A DNA stretch of 64,000 bases from Mytilus edulis (taxonomy: Eukaryota): positions 23,808,001 to 23,872,000 of the forward strand of contig NC_092357.1 in NCBI RefSeq assembly GCF_963676685.1. The letters run 5' to 3'. Below are positions 26,070 to 37,695 of this stretch, piece after piece (positions within the stretch are counted from its first letter, which is position 1; each line of letters starts with the position of its first letter). The notes beneath the pieces are model-generated. The model did no database searches and was not told where the DNA came from. It saw only the letters and a program-made list of their open reading frames with translations. The translations under genes were made by a program, and so were the position numbers.

Positions 26070-28159
26070 AATTTATCAATTTAATCGTGTAACGGTTTGG
26101 TTAAAAAATTGAACTTGAACAACAAATCTAGAACGTAAATTTACCAAGACTTGTCGAATATTATGCTTCCGAAAACAGTAACGCGCGTCTGGCGTATATA
26201 CAACATTTAGTCTTGGTATCTATGAGGAGCTTATTTACGGTTCTACCCGTCTTTCAACTTTTCTGTGTTCTATTTTTGTTTTGTACTGATTATCATTAAG
26301 CCGGTTTTGTTATTATTAACCTGTATTAATGCAATCTACGTTTTGATTAAATCCAGTTTCTTATTGTTACACATCATAAACTTCCTATATAAAATATTGA
26401 ATTAATAAATAGCCTGCATTTAATTTAAGGAGCTTGATATCTATGTGACATTTTCATTTTCTATGTGCATTTTGTTGAAGAGTTTTTAACATGTTCAAGC
26501 TGCGATTTGAGATTATACATTATTAAGCAATTTGGATGGCCCAATATCTTTCAAGAAATACAAAAAATATTGAAGTCAAAAGTTAACGTTGGCAATGAAA
26601 ATATTCAATTGATAGACTGATGTAAAAGAAATTGGTTTAGAGTTAAAAAAAAAATTGACAGAAACATATAAATCGTTTGTACGACAACCTCTCATATTTT
26701 CTTTCTTTATTTGACGTAGAAATGTGTGGCTTCTATGGATTTTTGTTTTCCTTTTAGTGTTCTTAAAATAATTGATTATGAGAACATACTGACACAAATT
26801 CTAAATTTTGCGTGGTTTATTGTTCTCGTGGATACATTGAAAGTTTTGTGAATTTTAAGTTATTTGTCGTTACTACTTATACGATTGTTTGATCAATCTA
26901 AAATTCAAATAAAAGAAAAAAAGGTCAAGATCTTGAAACACATCTCACTTCGCAACATAATTTATCGCATATAAGGAGCATCGTAAACATATAAAGATAT
27001 CATAAAACAATTATTGTAGTTCAGGGTTTCTGGTTTTCATTTCTGTGTTTCGTTTAATTGTTTTTATTTTGGTCAATGGATTGGTTCATATTTTGCATGT
27101 CGGTGCATTTTATAGCCGACCACGGTTTGGTTTTACTCATTTTGGAAGTCCGTACAGTTGCTTTTAATATTCCTTGCATACGCTAAGATCGGATAAACGT
27201 TTAAACTTACATTCGTCGTCCTTTTCTTTAAACCTTGGAAACCGTTTTCTGAAATGAAATTTGGTTTGATGAGATCAAAACGGGGAATAATATTATAATG
27301 ATCCTTATAAATTTAGGCATGTTTTTATTTTATAAAGTAAAATAACAAAATTGCTGAATTCCGAGGAAAATTCAAAACGGAAAGTCTGTAATCATATGGC
27401 AATATCAAAAGTTCAAACACAGCAAATTTGCATGTTTGTTCAAATAATTACATTGAATACTTATCATTCAATAGAAGATACTTTTCACCCATGGTTTTTG
27501 TCATGATTCCTTTTTAAGAAATGTGAACGCTTGCTGTTTGTTTTAATATCGCACATGTCTTTTATGATAATTGAATGCTCAATCAATTCGTCTTTTTAAA
27601 GTTATTTCATGACAACAAAATTTTTTTTTTAATTATTCCTAACAAAATTCATAAGCTGTCTGATTGCCTACTGTTTACTTTTTAACTGTACATACTTAAG
27701 TAGCAAATGTTTATATTTCGTTTGTATTTGACCAAACAAACGTTCTATGATTTATCTTTTGAAAAATATAAAATAACACACTTTACCCTAAAATTGACAT
27801 GATTGACTCCAGTGTAATCTATAAACAAAAATCAATACATGCGATCAATTAAAAATATTTAGTTCGGTGGAATATTTTTCAACATTCAAGTCTAAAAGAG
27901 TTATTTAAATCTTTCATTTCTTCTCAAACAATGAATACATGATATATATCAGTTCTTTTAAATTCAAGTTAAGGTACAAACTCAGTTTTCACGAACAATA
28001 TTAAGAAAGGGTTTGTTTGTGCTAGGGACTTAAAAATGATAATCGGATAGTATATCATTTTTAAACCAACTCAGAAAAGTTTATATTAAAAAGTTAAAAA
28101 GTTTATACCTTTAATAGCCATTCCTGTTCATTTACTGAGTAGCAATCAAAAAGACAAGA

Positions 28160-28450
28160 TTAATTAAAACCAATTGTTCGAAGGTCTTTCCACATCAAAG
28201 AAATTAAGAAAAGCTAGTTCCTAAAACTGATGCTTTAAATAAATGGTTTGGATATGCTATAAAGTGAACTAAAGGAGATAACAAGCAACTTCCGGTTAAG
28301 GAAATATTACTTTCGATCTCATATGATAGATTATTTCACTCTGATTCCAAAAATAAATAGTTTCTAATTACTTTTATGTGTACAACGGGAGATTATTGGC
28401 CACTTCCGGTTTATCGAAAGTTATTTCTAGTCTTGAGGGATAAGTTTATG
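28160..28450 (-). mobile_element. 3' fragment of the HINE-like family at 43320-44868, inverted
   Basis: Reverse complement AACTAGCTT..TTCTTTGATGTGGAAAGACCTTC..GAACAATTGGTTTT matches 44797-44866. Confidence 0.7.
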
Positions 28451-28629
28451 TATCTTTATTACAAAAAAATAACAGATGCATTCAGATAGCAACGAACAAA
28501 CATCTGTCAGAATAAGTTTCATTGATTGCACACACTAACAGAATGTATTTGTTTCTCTTTCTTTACTACGAGATTTGGAAATCATTTTAATATAAAATGC
28601 TTTGTTCGTGTTCATTGAGCTCTGCAACA

Positions 28630-29020
28630 TATCAGCAGCGCCGGCATACGGAGTATACATCTCCAACTTGATGCGATGTGCCAAGGCTTGTATTCCATAT
28701 CATGATTTCCTTGGTAAAGAATTGCTTCCCACAAGAAGTTATTAAACCAAGAGTTCCAAACGGTGATGTTGAAATCATTCCTTCGTAAACTTTACGGACG
28801 CCATCACAAGTGCAACATGTGGAGTAGGATCTGTTCAACCTTCCACCAGAGATCACCCCAAGTTTTTGGTGGGGTTCGTGAATCTTAGTCTTTAGTTTTC
28901 TATTCTGTGTCTTCTGTACTATTATTCGTCTGTTTGTCTTTTTATTTTTAGCCATGGCGTTGTCAGTTCATATTCAATTTATGTGTTTGACTCTCCCTGT
29001 GGACCTTTCATCTCTTTTTT
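28630..29020 (+). mobile_element. Old, internally deleted 3' fragment of the Naiad-like family
   Basis: Aligns by eye to 25527-25705 and then to 25852-26069, with many substitutions. Confidence 0.85.
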
Positions 29021-29671
29021 AAAACGTTTGATAATGAACCTCATTTTGTATTCAACGTAGGTGACGCAAGTAAAGTATACAATGTACTCACTCTCCCGAT
29101 CAATAATTTACGTAGCTCTTATTCAATACAAAATAGAATAATCGGTCTATGTTGATTTTGGCTTGTTCCCTACCGAAATTAGTATCTAGATAAAAACGAT
29201 TTGTTTCTTGTACAAGTGTGCAACAAATTATAATGAGCTGTCAGGAAAACTCTAGAATCTATTTTAACTTGATTTGAAAAAGAGGAAATATTCTTTTGAG
29301 TGGTTTGATTATGTCAAAGATTATTGGAACTGGTAACAGTGAAATTTGGCATATTCAAAGAAACTTTAGTTTTAAACTTCTGAAATTACCGTTCAACAAA
29401 GACTCCATGACAAGTTTAGAACAAGTTGTAGCCGGTTACCGATAACTCATCAACGTAAAACTTATATTCAAAATCTAAAACTTACTTCTGTATGGAACCT
29501 TATTTGAATGAACTTAAGTAGACGTTATATCTGTAATCTTCGCACTTGCAACATTTCTGATCACAACGGGCAGATGGAATATAATTCCAGAAATTGAAAG
29601 AAAATTTAAGCTTTGTATCACTGGTCTTTGCAATGAGTATAATTTTATAGTGTGTTGTAAATAGACAATAT

Positions 29672-30122
29672 CATAGAATCATATTCAAAACAGTGTAGCT
29701 GTGGCCATTGATTGACAACCTTAAATTATCCCATTGACTGGGGCAGATTATGTGAACGTTTGTCTGTAACAACCGCTGCTCACTATACACTTGTTAAAGG
29801 CACTTAAACTGTGGGGTCACAAAAGGTTCTCAACACCTAAATAAAGAAATTAAAAAAAAACTAATCCGGAATAACACGATGTTTTGATTTATATCAATAA
29901 TATAAATCAAAACATAAAGTTATTCCTGATTAATTTTTCGAACTATTTTAATGTTAAAGGCGTTGAGAACCTTTGGTGACCCCACAGTTTAATTCTATAA
30001 TAAGTAAGTAGTGAGCAGTTGTCGTTACAGACACACGTTCACCTAATCTGCCCCCTTCAATGGGATAATTTAAGGTTGTCAATCAATGGCCACAGCTACA
30101 CTGTTTTGAATATGATTCTATG
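29672..30122. mobile_element. Foldback MITE, 451 bp, almost entirely palindromic
   Basis: CATAGAATCATATTCAAAACAGTGTAGCTGTGGCC... is perfectly inverted at the right end for ~66 bp and imperfectly for ~200 bp. No TSD identified. Confidence 0.9.
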
Positions 30123-31017
30123 GCATTTTCAATATCGCATATCATAGCCATATCATATACACTTTATTATATACATATACCTCAAGTAGATGTTTTTATG
30201 TGACATGACGTCATACAGATAAGGTTTGAAATGATATCATACAGATTATAGGTTTGACATATCGTCATACAGATTAGAGTTCTGATAAAGCCTTTGCAAC
30301 AGTGACTGCAATCGATGACGTGACGTCATACGGATTAAAGGTGTGATAAAGCTTTTGCAACCGTGCTGATATCGATATCATCACGGGTGGCTGATACAGC
30401 ACGCTTGCCATTGATTATATTACACATACAATTTATCTGTATTTACAACTAAGTATATAATATTGATATTTATGTTCGTGAAATGTATTCATTCTTATTA
30501 CTTATTTACTACAGGGTTAACAACAATATCAACAATTGCAGGAAATGTTGAAAAATTGAAACTTAAATGTATAAACTTACCTTGTTACTTTTATTCGGTT
30601 CTTCGAGGAGGTAGTTTCTCTGTAAATCATCATATATGTTTATAAATATCTATTTTTGTTTCATTGTTTATACATGTTGATAGTTTAATTAAAATCGATT
30701 TGGTTGAGACTATCTCATATTCCATTCTAGTGATCATATTCCCCTCTACATTGTCGGGATTACATCATGTGACGTTTCGCGGGGTTAATGAACAGAACGT
30801 TTTGAACTTCTTATTCTTCTTCAAATAGCGATAGCAATTATAATCATTATCATTACAAAATGTATTTCAGACGATAAAACAAAGACTTAGAATTTTGATC
30901 CGTTTTGATCCGTTTTAGTTAGGTTACTTGATAAATACAAGGGAATACGATAAGATAAGATGTATGCAAAATAATATATACTGTATTGATAGTTTGCAAA
31001 GCATAGGCAGTGGAATA

Positions 31018-31161
31018 AAACATTAATTTTCCTTTGCATCGGGAGATATTAAGATTTGCTCACCCTCGACAAATCATGTTTCCCCGGAGCAGAGCCCTCG
31101 TGAAATATGAATATTTCTCGGTCAACAAATCGTCATATCACCCTTAGGCAAATAAATGTAT
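31018..31161. repeat. ~145-bp palindromic interspersed repeat, copy 2
   Basis: Homologous to 19814-19958. Confidence 0.65.
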
Positions 31162-32949
31162 CATGTTACTCTTTTTGTTGCTATCCATTTTGTTCATGTG
31201 ATCACATGGTTATTAAAACTTTACAGATTGCATGAACTCTTTCTATATTTTGCTATCTGTCAATAGATTTATGTATACATTAAATGTTTTATTCTTTTCT
31301 ATAGTATGTATTCTACGTATTGTGTGTGTAAATAATCAATATTATACATTTACTGTCTTTTGGGAAGGTTAATATTGGGTTTTATTGACAACGGCCGAAA
31401 TTTCATTTTTTTCAAAAGTCAATAAAAACCACATATTAAAAGAAATAAAAGAGAATAATAGTGTGAATCATATTCCGAGAAAAATGTGTGTAATGAAGAT
31501 ATTTACCAAAACCTATTGAACATCAAACGTTTTTACCAACATTTTACACGTTAAAGAACCCGACGTTTTGTGCGGTGAAAATACTTTTCGACAGGCAAGT
31601 ATGCTTATCTATTCAAAATCCGATTCATACACAAAACCATACGAAAGTTTCAGTAATATGGAATAATTATGTGTAAAATTATGACGCTCGTCAAGCAAAA
31701 ACATGGCGTTATCCATGCGTATTGAATAGTATATTCATATAGTAAATTGCTTCTCTAAAATGATGCCGTACTTACCATTCAAAATATACACATAACATGA
31801 TTTTAATTTTGCGATAAAATTCTATTAAGACTTTACAAAGTCTTATTTTGACCTATACTATACATGTATATGCTTATTGTCTTTAGTGGAAGGATTTATA
31901 ATGAAAATAAAATAAATCACAAACATCACTTAGTTTCATTATGACCACGATATGTGATGATGCAATACAATAAACCTTCTAATATATAAAAACAATGCCA
32001 ATGTTGTTTAAAAAATATATTTACTAAAAACCACTTAAAGTTATTTTTCGAAGTTAGATTTATCTAATATTTGACGGAACATTATGCATGCCAATTTCCG
32101 GTAATCGTGCATGGTTAATCACATGCGAGCATTTGCTTAAAAGAAATTAAGTACGACAGCGAAAACAATCTGTCTAAAAGTTTTGGTCGTTTTTTTAACC
32201 AAGTTTTAATCCGCAATATTTACTTCTGTACATACAACAAAAAATCAATTTGTATAAATGAAAACATTACGCGTCGACATCCTTGATACAATTGAAGACA
32301 TTCACAAAAGGAGAATTGGAAATTTTTTTTTTTTTTTTTGTGGGTCACTGTTTCATTCATGTACTACTTGAATTGATCAAATATGAATCAGCAGTTTTGA
32401 GTTTTGATGCCAGCCCATATTGAACATAATAGCAAACTTAAACTAAAAAAAATGTTATGCATCAAAGTTTGTCGAGAATTATGAATTTTGAAGAAAAGAA
32501 AATCATATTTTTTCATAATATTTAAGAAAATTGCAATTACAAGTAGTCAATGCATGTTTCTATCAAACTATACTAGTTTATTAGCTCCCGTTTTCGTAAC
32601 GATTTATCTAATATACACTACAAACTGAGACTGACAAAACCATTTTTTCTGCTCCACCAGAACGGTCGAGCTCCGATTTTACCTGACAATATAGATATAA
32701 TCTCGACAGCTATACTGAACTGTAATCGACATTGGTCTAGACCACTCAATATATCTGATTGAGTTCTTGGTAATCTTGGCTTGGTCCCATAAGAATTTGA
32801 TTATAAAATACAGTTATGCTATAAACATGTCAAAGAAGATCAATTTTGCATCAAGTTTGATTGAATTCAGTTACATTATTCTATAAAATAATTTGAGGAT
32901 TTAATTAAGAGAAAAAAAATTAGAAAAATGAATCTCTGTCATGCAGTAA

Positions 32950-33142
32950 ACAAGAGAAGCGAAAGACACCAACGGGTAACTCACCAGTCGAAAACAAAAA
33001 TTACATCGCAAACATACTGGACAAAAAGACAAATTACAGCATACAAAATGCAACATACTTGAGCAAAACAAACTCCAACCAAAACCCGGTAATCTGGTAT
33101 GCTCCGAATTGGTTAACATATTCAGCTGCACATGTTACACCA
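32950..33142 (-). mobile_element. Highly decayed Naiad-like 3' tail
   Basis: Reverse complement resembles 25850-26069 (ACATGTG..CGGAGCA..GGTGTCTTTCGCTTCTCTT). Confidence 0.55.
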
Positions 33143-35194
33143 GTTTTGTTTTTTCCAAAAAAGGTATTTTGATCAGAGATAATAGTGATAAGATATCGCT
33201 TAAAGTGACTTCAAATGACTTCATATCAAAAGAGAGACAAGACGGTAACCGGTATTAATACAAACAGTCAATACTTTAAACTAAGTAAATGCTCGATTTT
33301 CGGTATAGATCGGTTGCCTTTGTGATTATCAATACGTTGGTACATACCAGGTTTGACTCATTGGACGACTCTAAATTTTCAGTGTCTGCAAAACATATAA
33401 TATTATGTGAAACCTGAGCAATATTGTTTTCATATACGATTATATATAAATTTTAATTCAACTTTCAATCATCTTATTAAACAGGTCTTTGTTTATTGTT
33501 CAGTATTGAACTGGTTAAACTTAATTGCCTAAATCAACATAGATAGTCATATTCTCTTTGTTTATTTTTTCTATCACCTCATATTTTGAACCCTGTCTGT
33601 ACATTTTGTGACATAGCTAATGGATTCTATAATTTCTAAACTTTTGGTTTTTGTGCAATACAGATCTAGAGATATTAGAATTAAACCTGTTTTCTTTTGG
33701 AAAGTAAGCTACAATGTGAGAACAAGGTATACATGTATATAACGTTATACTAGTCAATGGCTAAAACGTTGTGATATCTAAGCATGTTACATGGCATTTT
33801 CTTCATTTTGATATAGATTAGAAAATATTGGTGACTTTGCTATCGTTGGTCTTATTGGCCAGACAACATCAAAATCATACAAAAGAACACAAACGAAAAT
33901 TTCTTTTCTTGTTGTATCTTTAAATGTAATAACAAGAAATTAATGCTTCATTTTAAAAATCCGGTATTTATAACATATGTGTTTTGTCAATGCGTTTAAA
34001 CTTATTATAATTACATAGGAAGCATTCAAATCTGAAGAAGGGTATTTATAAGCACAACAAAATATCTAATGAAATAAACCAATAAATCAAAGGTGTATTT
34101 TACCACTAATTATCTTATGGAATTGAAAAAGTACGATACAAAGTTACTGACATCAAAATACGAATTTTTCTGTTCTTAAAATTTGCTGTTACAAAATTAT
34201 TTTGATCTGATTCCTATATCGGCTTTGGCTACTGAAATGTATTGTGTGTTTGTCCTTTTTTTGTTTATAGCTTTTTATCCATGTAATAACGTTGGATTTT
34301 CAAATATGCTGGTCTAGCGCATCATAAAATAGAAATTGATTTCCAAATGCGCATCTGGTGCAGACAAATGGTTTCTGTTTATGTTATAACAATGAATTCT
34401 ATTACAGAAATTTTCACTATTCAATAGAAAAACGTCAAAGAAAAACACTAAATAAATACGCATAGAAATAAGAATAAAAAAGATACTTTTCATTGTGATA
34501 TGCATAATATTTTTTTTCGAATGCTGATATATAACAAATATAATTAAAATTTGATTAATCTAATTCATCATGTTCATTTTAAAATGTTAAATACTCATAT
34601 ATTATCATGACATGCATATATTGGCGCAAATCTTTACATGTTAGGCATTATGTACACTAGCACAATATCAATGCCGCAATGGTCTCGTCTTCGTTCTGAA
34701 TACGCAGATTGTTGGTTTAAACTCTCAGCCGGGTCCAAAGTTCAAACTTGGTATTTGATGCTTCTCAGATAAAAAAAAAGATAGGCATTAACGGGTAGAA
34801 GCATAATTAACGTCGATCTGCATTAAGATTTATGTCTTGAAAGCCAAGAAGAAGACATTTACGTTTAAATTAAATGAATATAAGATCACAAATATATCAG
34901 GCAGGTCTAATATGTGAAAGGGGACGAAGTCAGAAAACCTTTTTAGAATATCAGCGAAATATGTATCTGACTTACACTATACACCCTTTTTAATCTACAT
35001 ACATTTAATCATTTAATGCAATTCCAAGCACAATTTCTGGTGAGAAGGTAACTTGATGTTATCGAAAACATGATGTATATATATATATATATATAGCAAA
35101 AGTAAATAAACACGGTGTACAGAATGTATATAATAATATTTTTAAATTTGCAAACTACATTTCACATCAAATAATAACAGTTCGTTAAAATATT

Positions 35195-35235
35195 GTCACT
35201 AGCGCTTTCATGCCTTCTGGCAATCTTCAGGCGAC
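35195..35235 (-). ncRNA. Minimal type I hammerhead ribozyme in pLTR
   Basis: GTCGC CTGAAGA T TGCC AGAA GGCA T GAAA GCG CTA GTGAC: CUGANGA and GAAA cores, stems I and II pair, palindromic stem III AGCGCU, CUA cleavage triplet. Confidence 0.85.
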
Positions 35236-35319
35236 GTTTTAACAATGTCCTTGACGACACTGCCGTTGGTAACGTTTATTACGTTACAATAACGATAAGG
35301 GGAGATAAATCAAACGTGT

Positions 35320-37695
35320 TTAAGTAGATCCGTTTAATTTTGGCTGAAAGTCCTTTATAAAGTGTGCTTCCTTTGCCAGTCTTTTATATTTGTTCGATTC
35401 GTTCATTTTATAGAACGGATATACGGTAAATTTTCCACTACTGCACGTTTCGAAATGCTCGCTCACATCTTGCATTCGTGTGGATGGATCTCGTATCTGT
35501 TGTCTGTGAACACGAACTCTTTGACAAATTGAGTTACCAGTCTGTCCGATGTACCATTCCTTGCAAGTGCTGCATACAATACAGTAAATAAGGTTTACCG
35601 TTTTGCAATTCATGTCTGCATTTGGAATAATGGTTTGGCCGTTTTTCAATGTTATTTGCGGGCCGGTTGCCATGTATTCACAAAGACCACATCTAGGGTC
35701 ATTACATTTTGAAACGTTGTATTGTATTCCATTTGGGTCATAAAACTTAGCCCTTGTTAAAATCTTTTTAAGATTTAAAGGCTGTCTTTTACTTTTCAGG
35801 AATTTTTCTGTAGGGAAAAGCTTTTTTAATTTTTTCGTTTTTTGTAAAACTGGCAAATTTGCTTTTATGACGTTGAATATGTCAGGATTGTACGGGTTAT
35901 GAGTGCTAACAAACGGGATCAGTTCTGTATTACTCTCTTTGCGTGCTGTGGACCTGAGTTCCGTCATTGGTATAGCTTTTGCCTTTTCTATTCCCTTTTC
36001 TATTAGTGGGTTTGGATAGTTTTGTTCTTTCAAAAACACCTTCAGTTCATTCAAACGTAATTCCTTCGTGAAATCATCACTCACAATTGTACATACACGT
36101 CGTGCTAGACAAAACGGGATGTTTCTTTTCGTATGTGAAGGATGGCATGAATGAAAATTCAGGTATTGGTGGGTGTCCGTCTTTTTATAATATATATCTG
36201 TGGTTAAGGTTGTTCCATTCTTTAATATTAAAATATCTAGAAATGGCAGTCTTTGTTCGCTAGATTCGATGGTAAATTTAATCGAAGGATGTAATGTGTT
36301 TATCAGACTATGAAACTTCTCTAAATTGTGACTTTTGTTTAAAATGATAAAACAGTCGTCTAAGAATCGCTTCCATTCCGATTTTACGTACACTTTAAAA
36401 GCTGTATCAAATTCACTTTCAACTTGTTGATACATTTTATCCTCCAGAAATCCCATCACGAGAGTTGCGTATGTGGGAGCAACTTTTGTTCCCATAGCTG
36501 TACCAGAGATCTGTAGATAATATTTTCCATCAAAGAAAAAGGTGTTATTATCTAGTATGATTTTCAATCCCTCCAACAAAAAATTATTCGAAAATCTTTG
36601 GTCGATAATGTGCCTATATGACTCTAGCCAAAATTTTACAGCATCTAATCCTAGTTTGTGCGGTATATTGGTGTAAAGACTTGTTACGTCGAAGCTTACC
36701 AATATTGCATCTTCTTTGACTTCGGCTGGTAAATGATTTAAAAAATCAAAATTATCACGGATAAAACTAGGTACATATTGGCATAAAGGTTTCAAAATTA
36801 GGTCAATGAAATGGCTCAATCTATGAGTTGGACACTGCGGTCCAGCAACAATAGGCCGAAATTTTAAATCTTTTGGTGAATTTATTTCGATATATGCGCA
36901 ATTTTGTTGTTGAACTGCTGTTTCTACTTCCTTACTTTTGTGGATTTTAGGTAGTCCATAAAAGTTGCTTGTCTTTACCTCAAATTTTGTAAGATAGTCA
37001 ACTTCCTTTTCAGTAGTACAATGAGGAAATTTTGAAATAAGTTTGTTTATATTTCTCTTAGTTTTCTTTTCCATATTGTCGTTGAGTTCCCGATAATATT
37101 GTTTATCATTGAGCTGTTCCTGAATTTTGTCTCGGTAATATATTCTGTCCATTATTACTAATGCACCACCCTTGTCAGCTTCTTTTATAATTATCGATTC
37201 ATCTTTTTGTAATCTGTATAAAGCTTGCTGTTGTTTAAATGGTAAATTATTTTTTACTTTGTCCTGTGGCTTCGGTATTAATGGAAAGTTTGACAGATGA
37301 TTAATGTATAAGTCTAAATCTTTATTTTTTCCTTTTTCCGGTGTAAATGTAGATTTATTTCTTACAATTGATTCGTCAGCTGTCTTTGATTCTTTATCCC
37401 CAAAATGATTTTTTAGTCTTAATTTTCGGCAAAATTCTTTGATATCCACTGAGAGTGTATCAGTGTCAGCTGGAGGTGTTGGAGTATATTTCAATCCTTT
37501 ATTTAACACTTTCATTTCATCGGAATCAAGTTTGCGATTAGACAAGTTAATTATTTTTGGGTCGACCCTGTTACTTGTTTCAGATTGGTTTCGGAACGTT
37601 CCTCTATTTGGTAGGCGGTTTTGTTCCGACCCACACCTAAAAAATGAATCCGTTTTGTTCTCCGTTCCACATCGTTCTTGTCTACATTTTTGTTC
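35320..37695 (-). CDS. ORF2: reverse transcriptase plus C-terminal GIY-YIG endonuclease, intact
   Basis: IINLS..KGLKYTPTP, ADKGG, YGLPKIHK, FRPIV, FDVTSLYTNIP, GTAMG, RFLDD, LPFLD, CNDPRCGLC linker, NLIYCIVC..CKEWYIGQT..RVRVH. Frame is open from 37695; first ATG is only at 37515. Confidence 0.95.
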   Translation of the reverse strand, partial: EQKCRQERCGTENKTDSFFRCGSEQNRLPNRGTFRNQSETSNRVDPKIINLSNRKLDSDEMKVLNKGLKYTPTPPADTDTLSVDIKEFCRKLRLKNHFGDKESKTADESIVRNKSTFTPEKGKNKDLDLYINHLSNFPLIPKPQDKVKNNLPFKQQQALYRLQKDESIIIKEADKGGALVIMDRIYYRDKIQEQLNDKQYYRELNDNMEKKTKRNINKLISKFPHCTTEKEVDYLTKFEVKTSNFYGLPKIHKSKEVETAVQQQNCAYIEINSPKDLKFRPIVAGPQCPTHRLSHFIDLILKPLCQYVPSFIRDNFDFLNHLPAEVKEDAILVSFDVTSLYTNIPHKLGLDAVKFWLESYRHIIDQRFSNNFLLEGLKIILDNNTFFFDGKYYLQISGTAMGTKVAPTYATLVMGFLEDKMYQQVESEFDTAFKVYVKSEWKRFLDDCFIILNKSHNLEKFHSLINTLHPSIKFTIESSEQRLPFLDILILKNGTTLTTDIYYKKTDTHQYLNFHSCHPSHTKRNIPFCLARRVCTIVSDDFTKELRLNELKVFLKEQNYPNPLIEKGIEKAKAIPMTELRSTARKESNTELIPFVSTHNPYNPDIFNVIKANLPVLQKTKKLKKLFPTEKFLKSKRQPLNLKKILTRAKFYDPNGIQYNVSKCNDPRCGLCEYMATGPQITLKNGQTIIPNADMNCKTVNLIYCIVCSTCKEWYIGQTGNSICQRVRVHRQQIRDPSTRMQDVSEHFETCSSGKFTVYPFYKMNESNKYKRLAKEAHFIKDFQPKLNGST

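Noticed and set aside
25852-26112. 86-aa hydrophobic ORF, and a possible SECIS element in the Naiad-like tail
   Set aside because: The ORF is a by-product of a T-rich 3' tail. I could not fold a convincing SECIS, and the retained RT has no in-frame UGA.
16046-30619. Further minus-strand exon candidates (16046-~16110, 21380-21477, 30581-30619)
   Set aside because: Splice signals are plausible, but phases do not chain into one ORF with the 15733 exon. They may be UTR exons; unsupported without RNA data.
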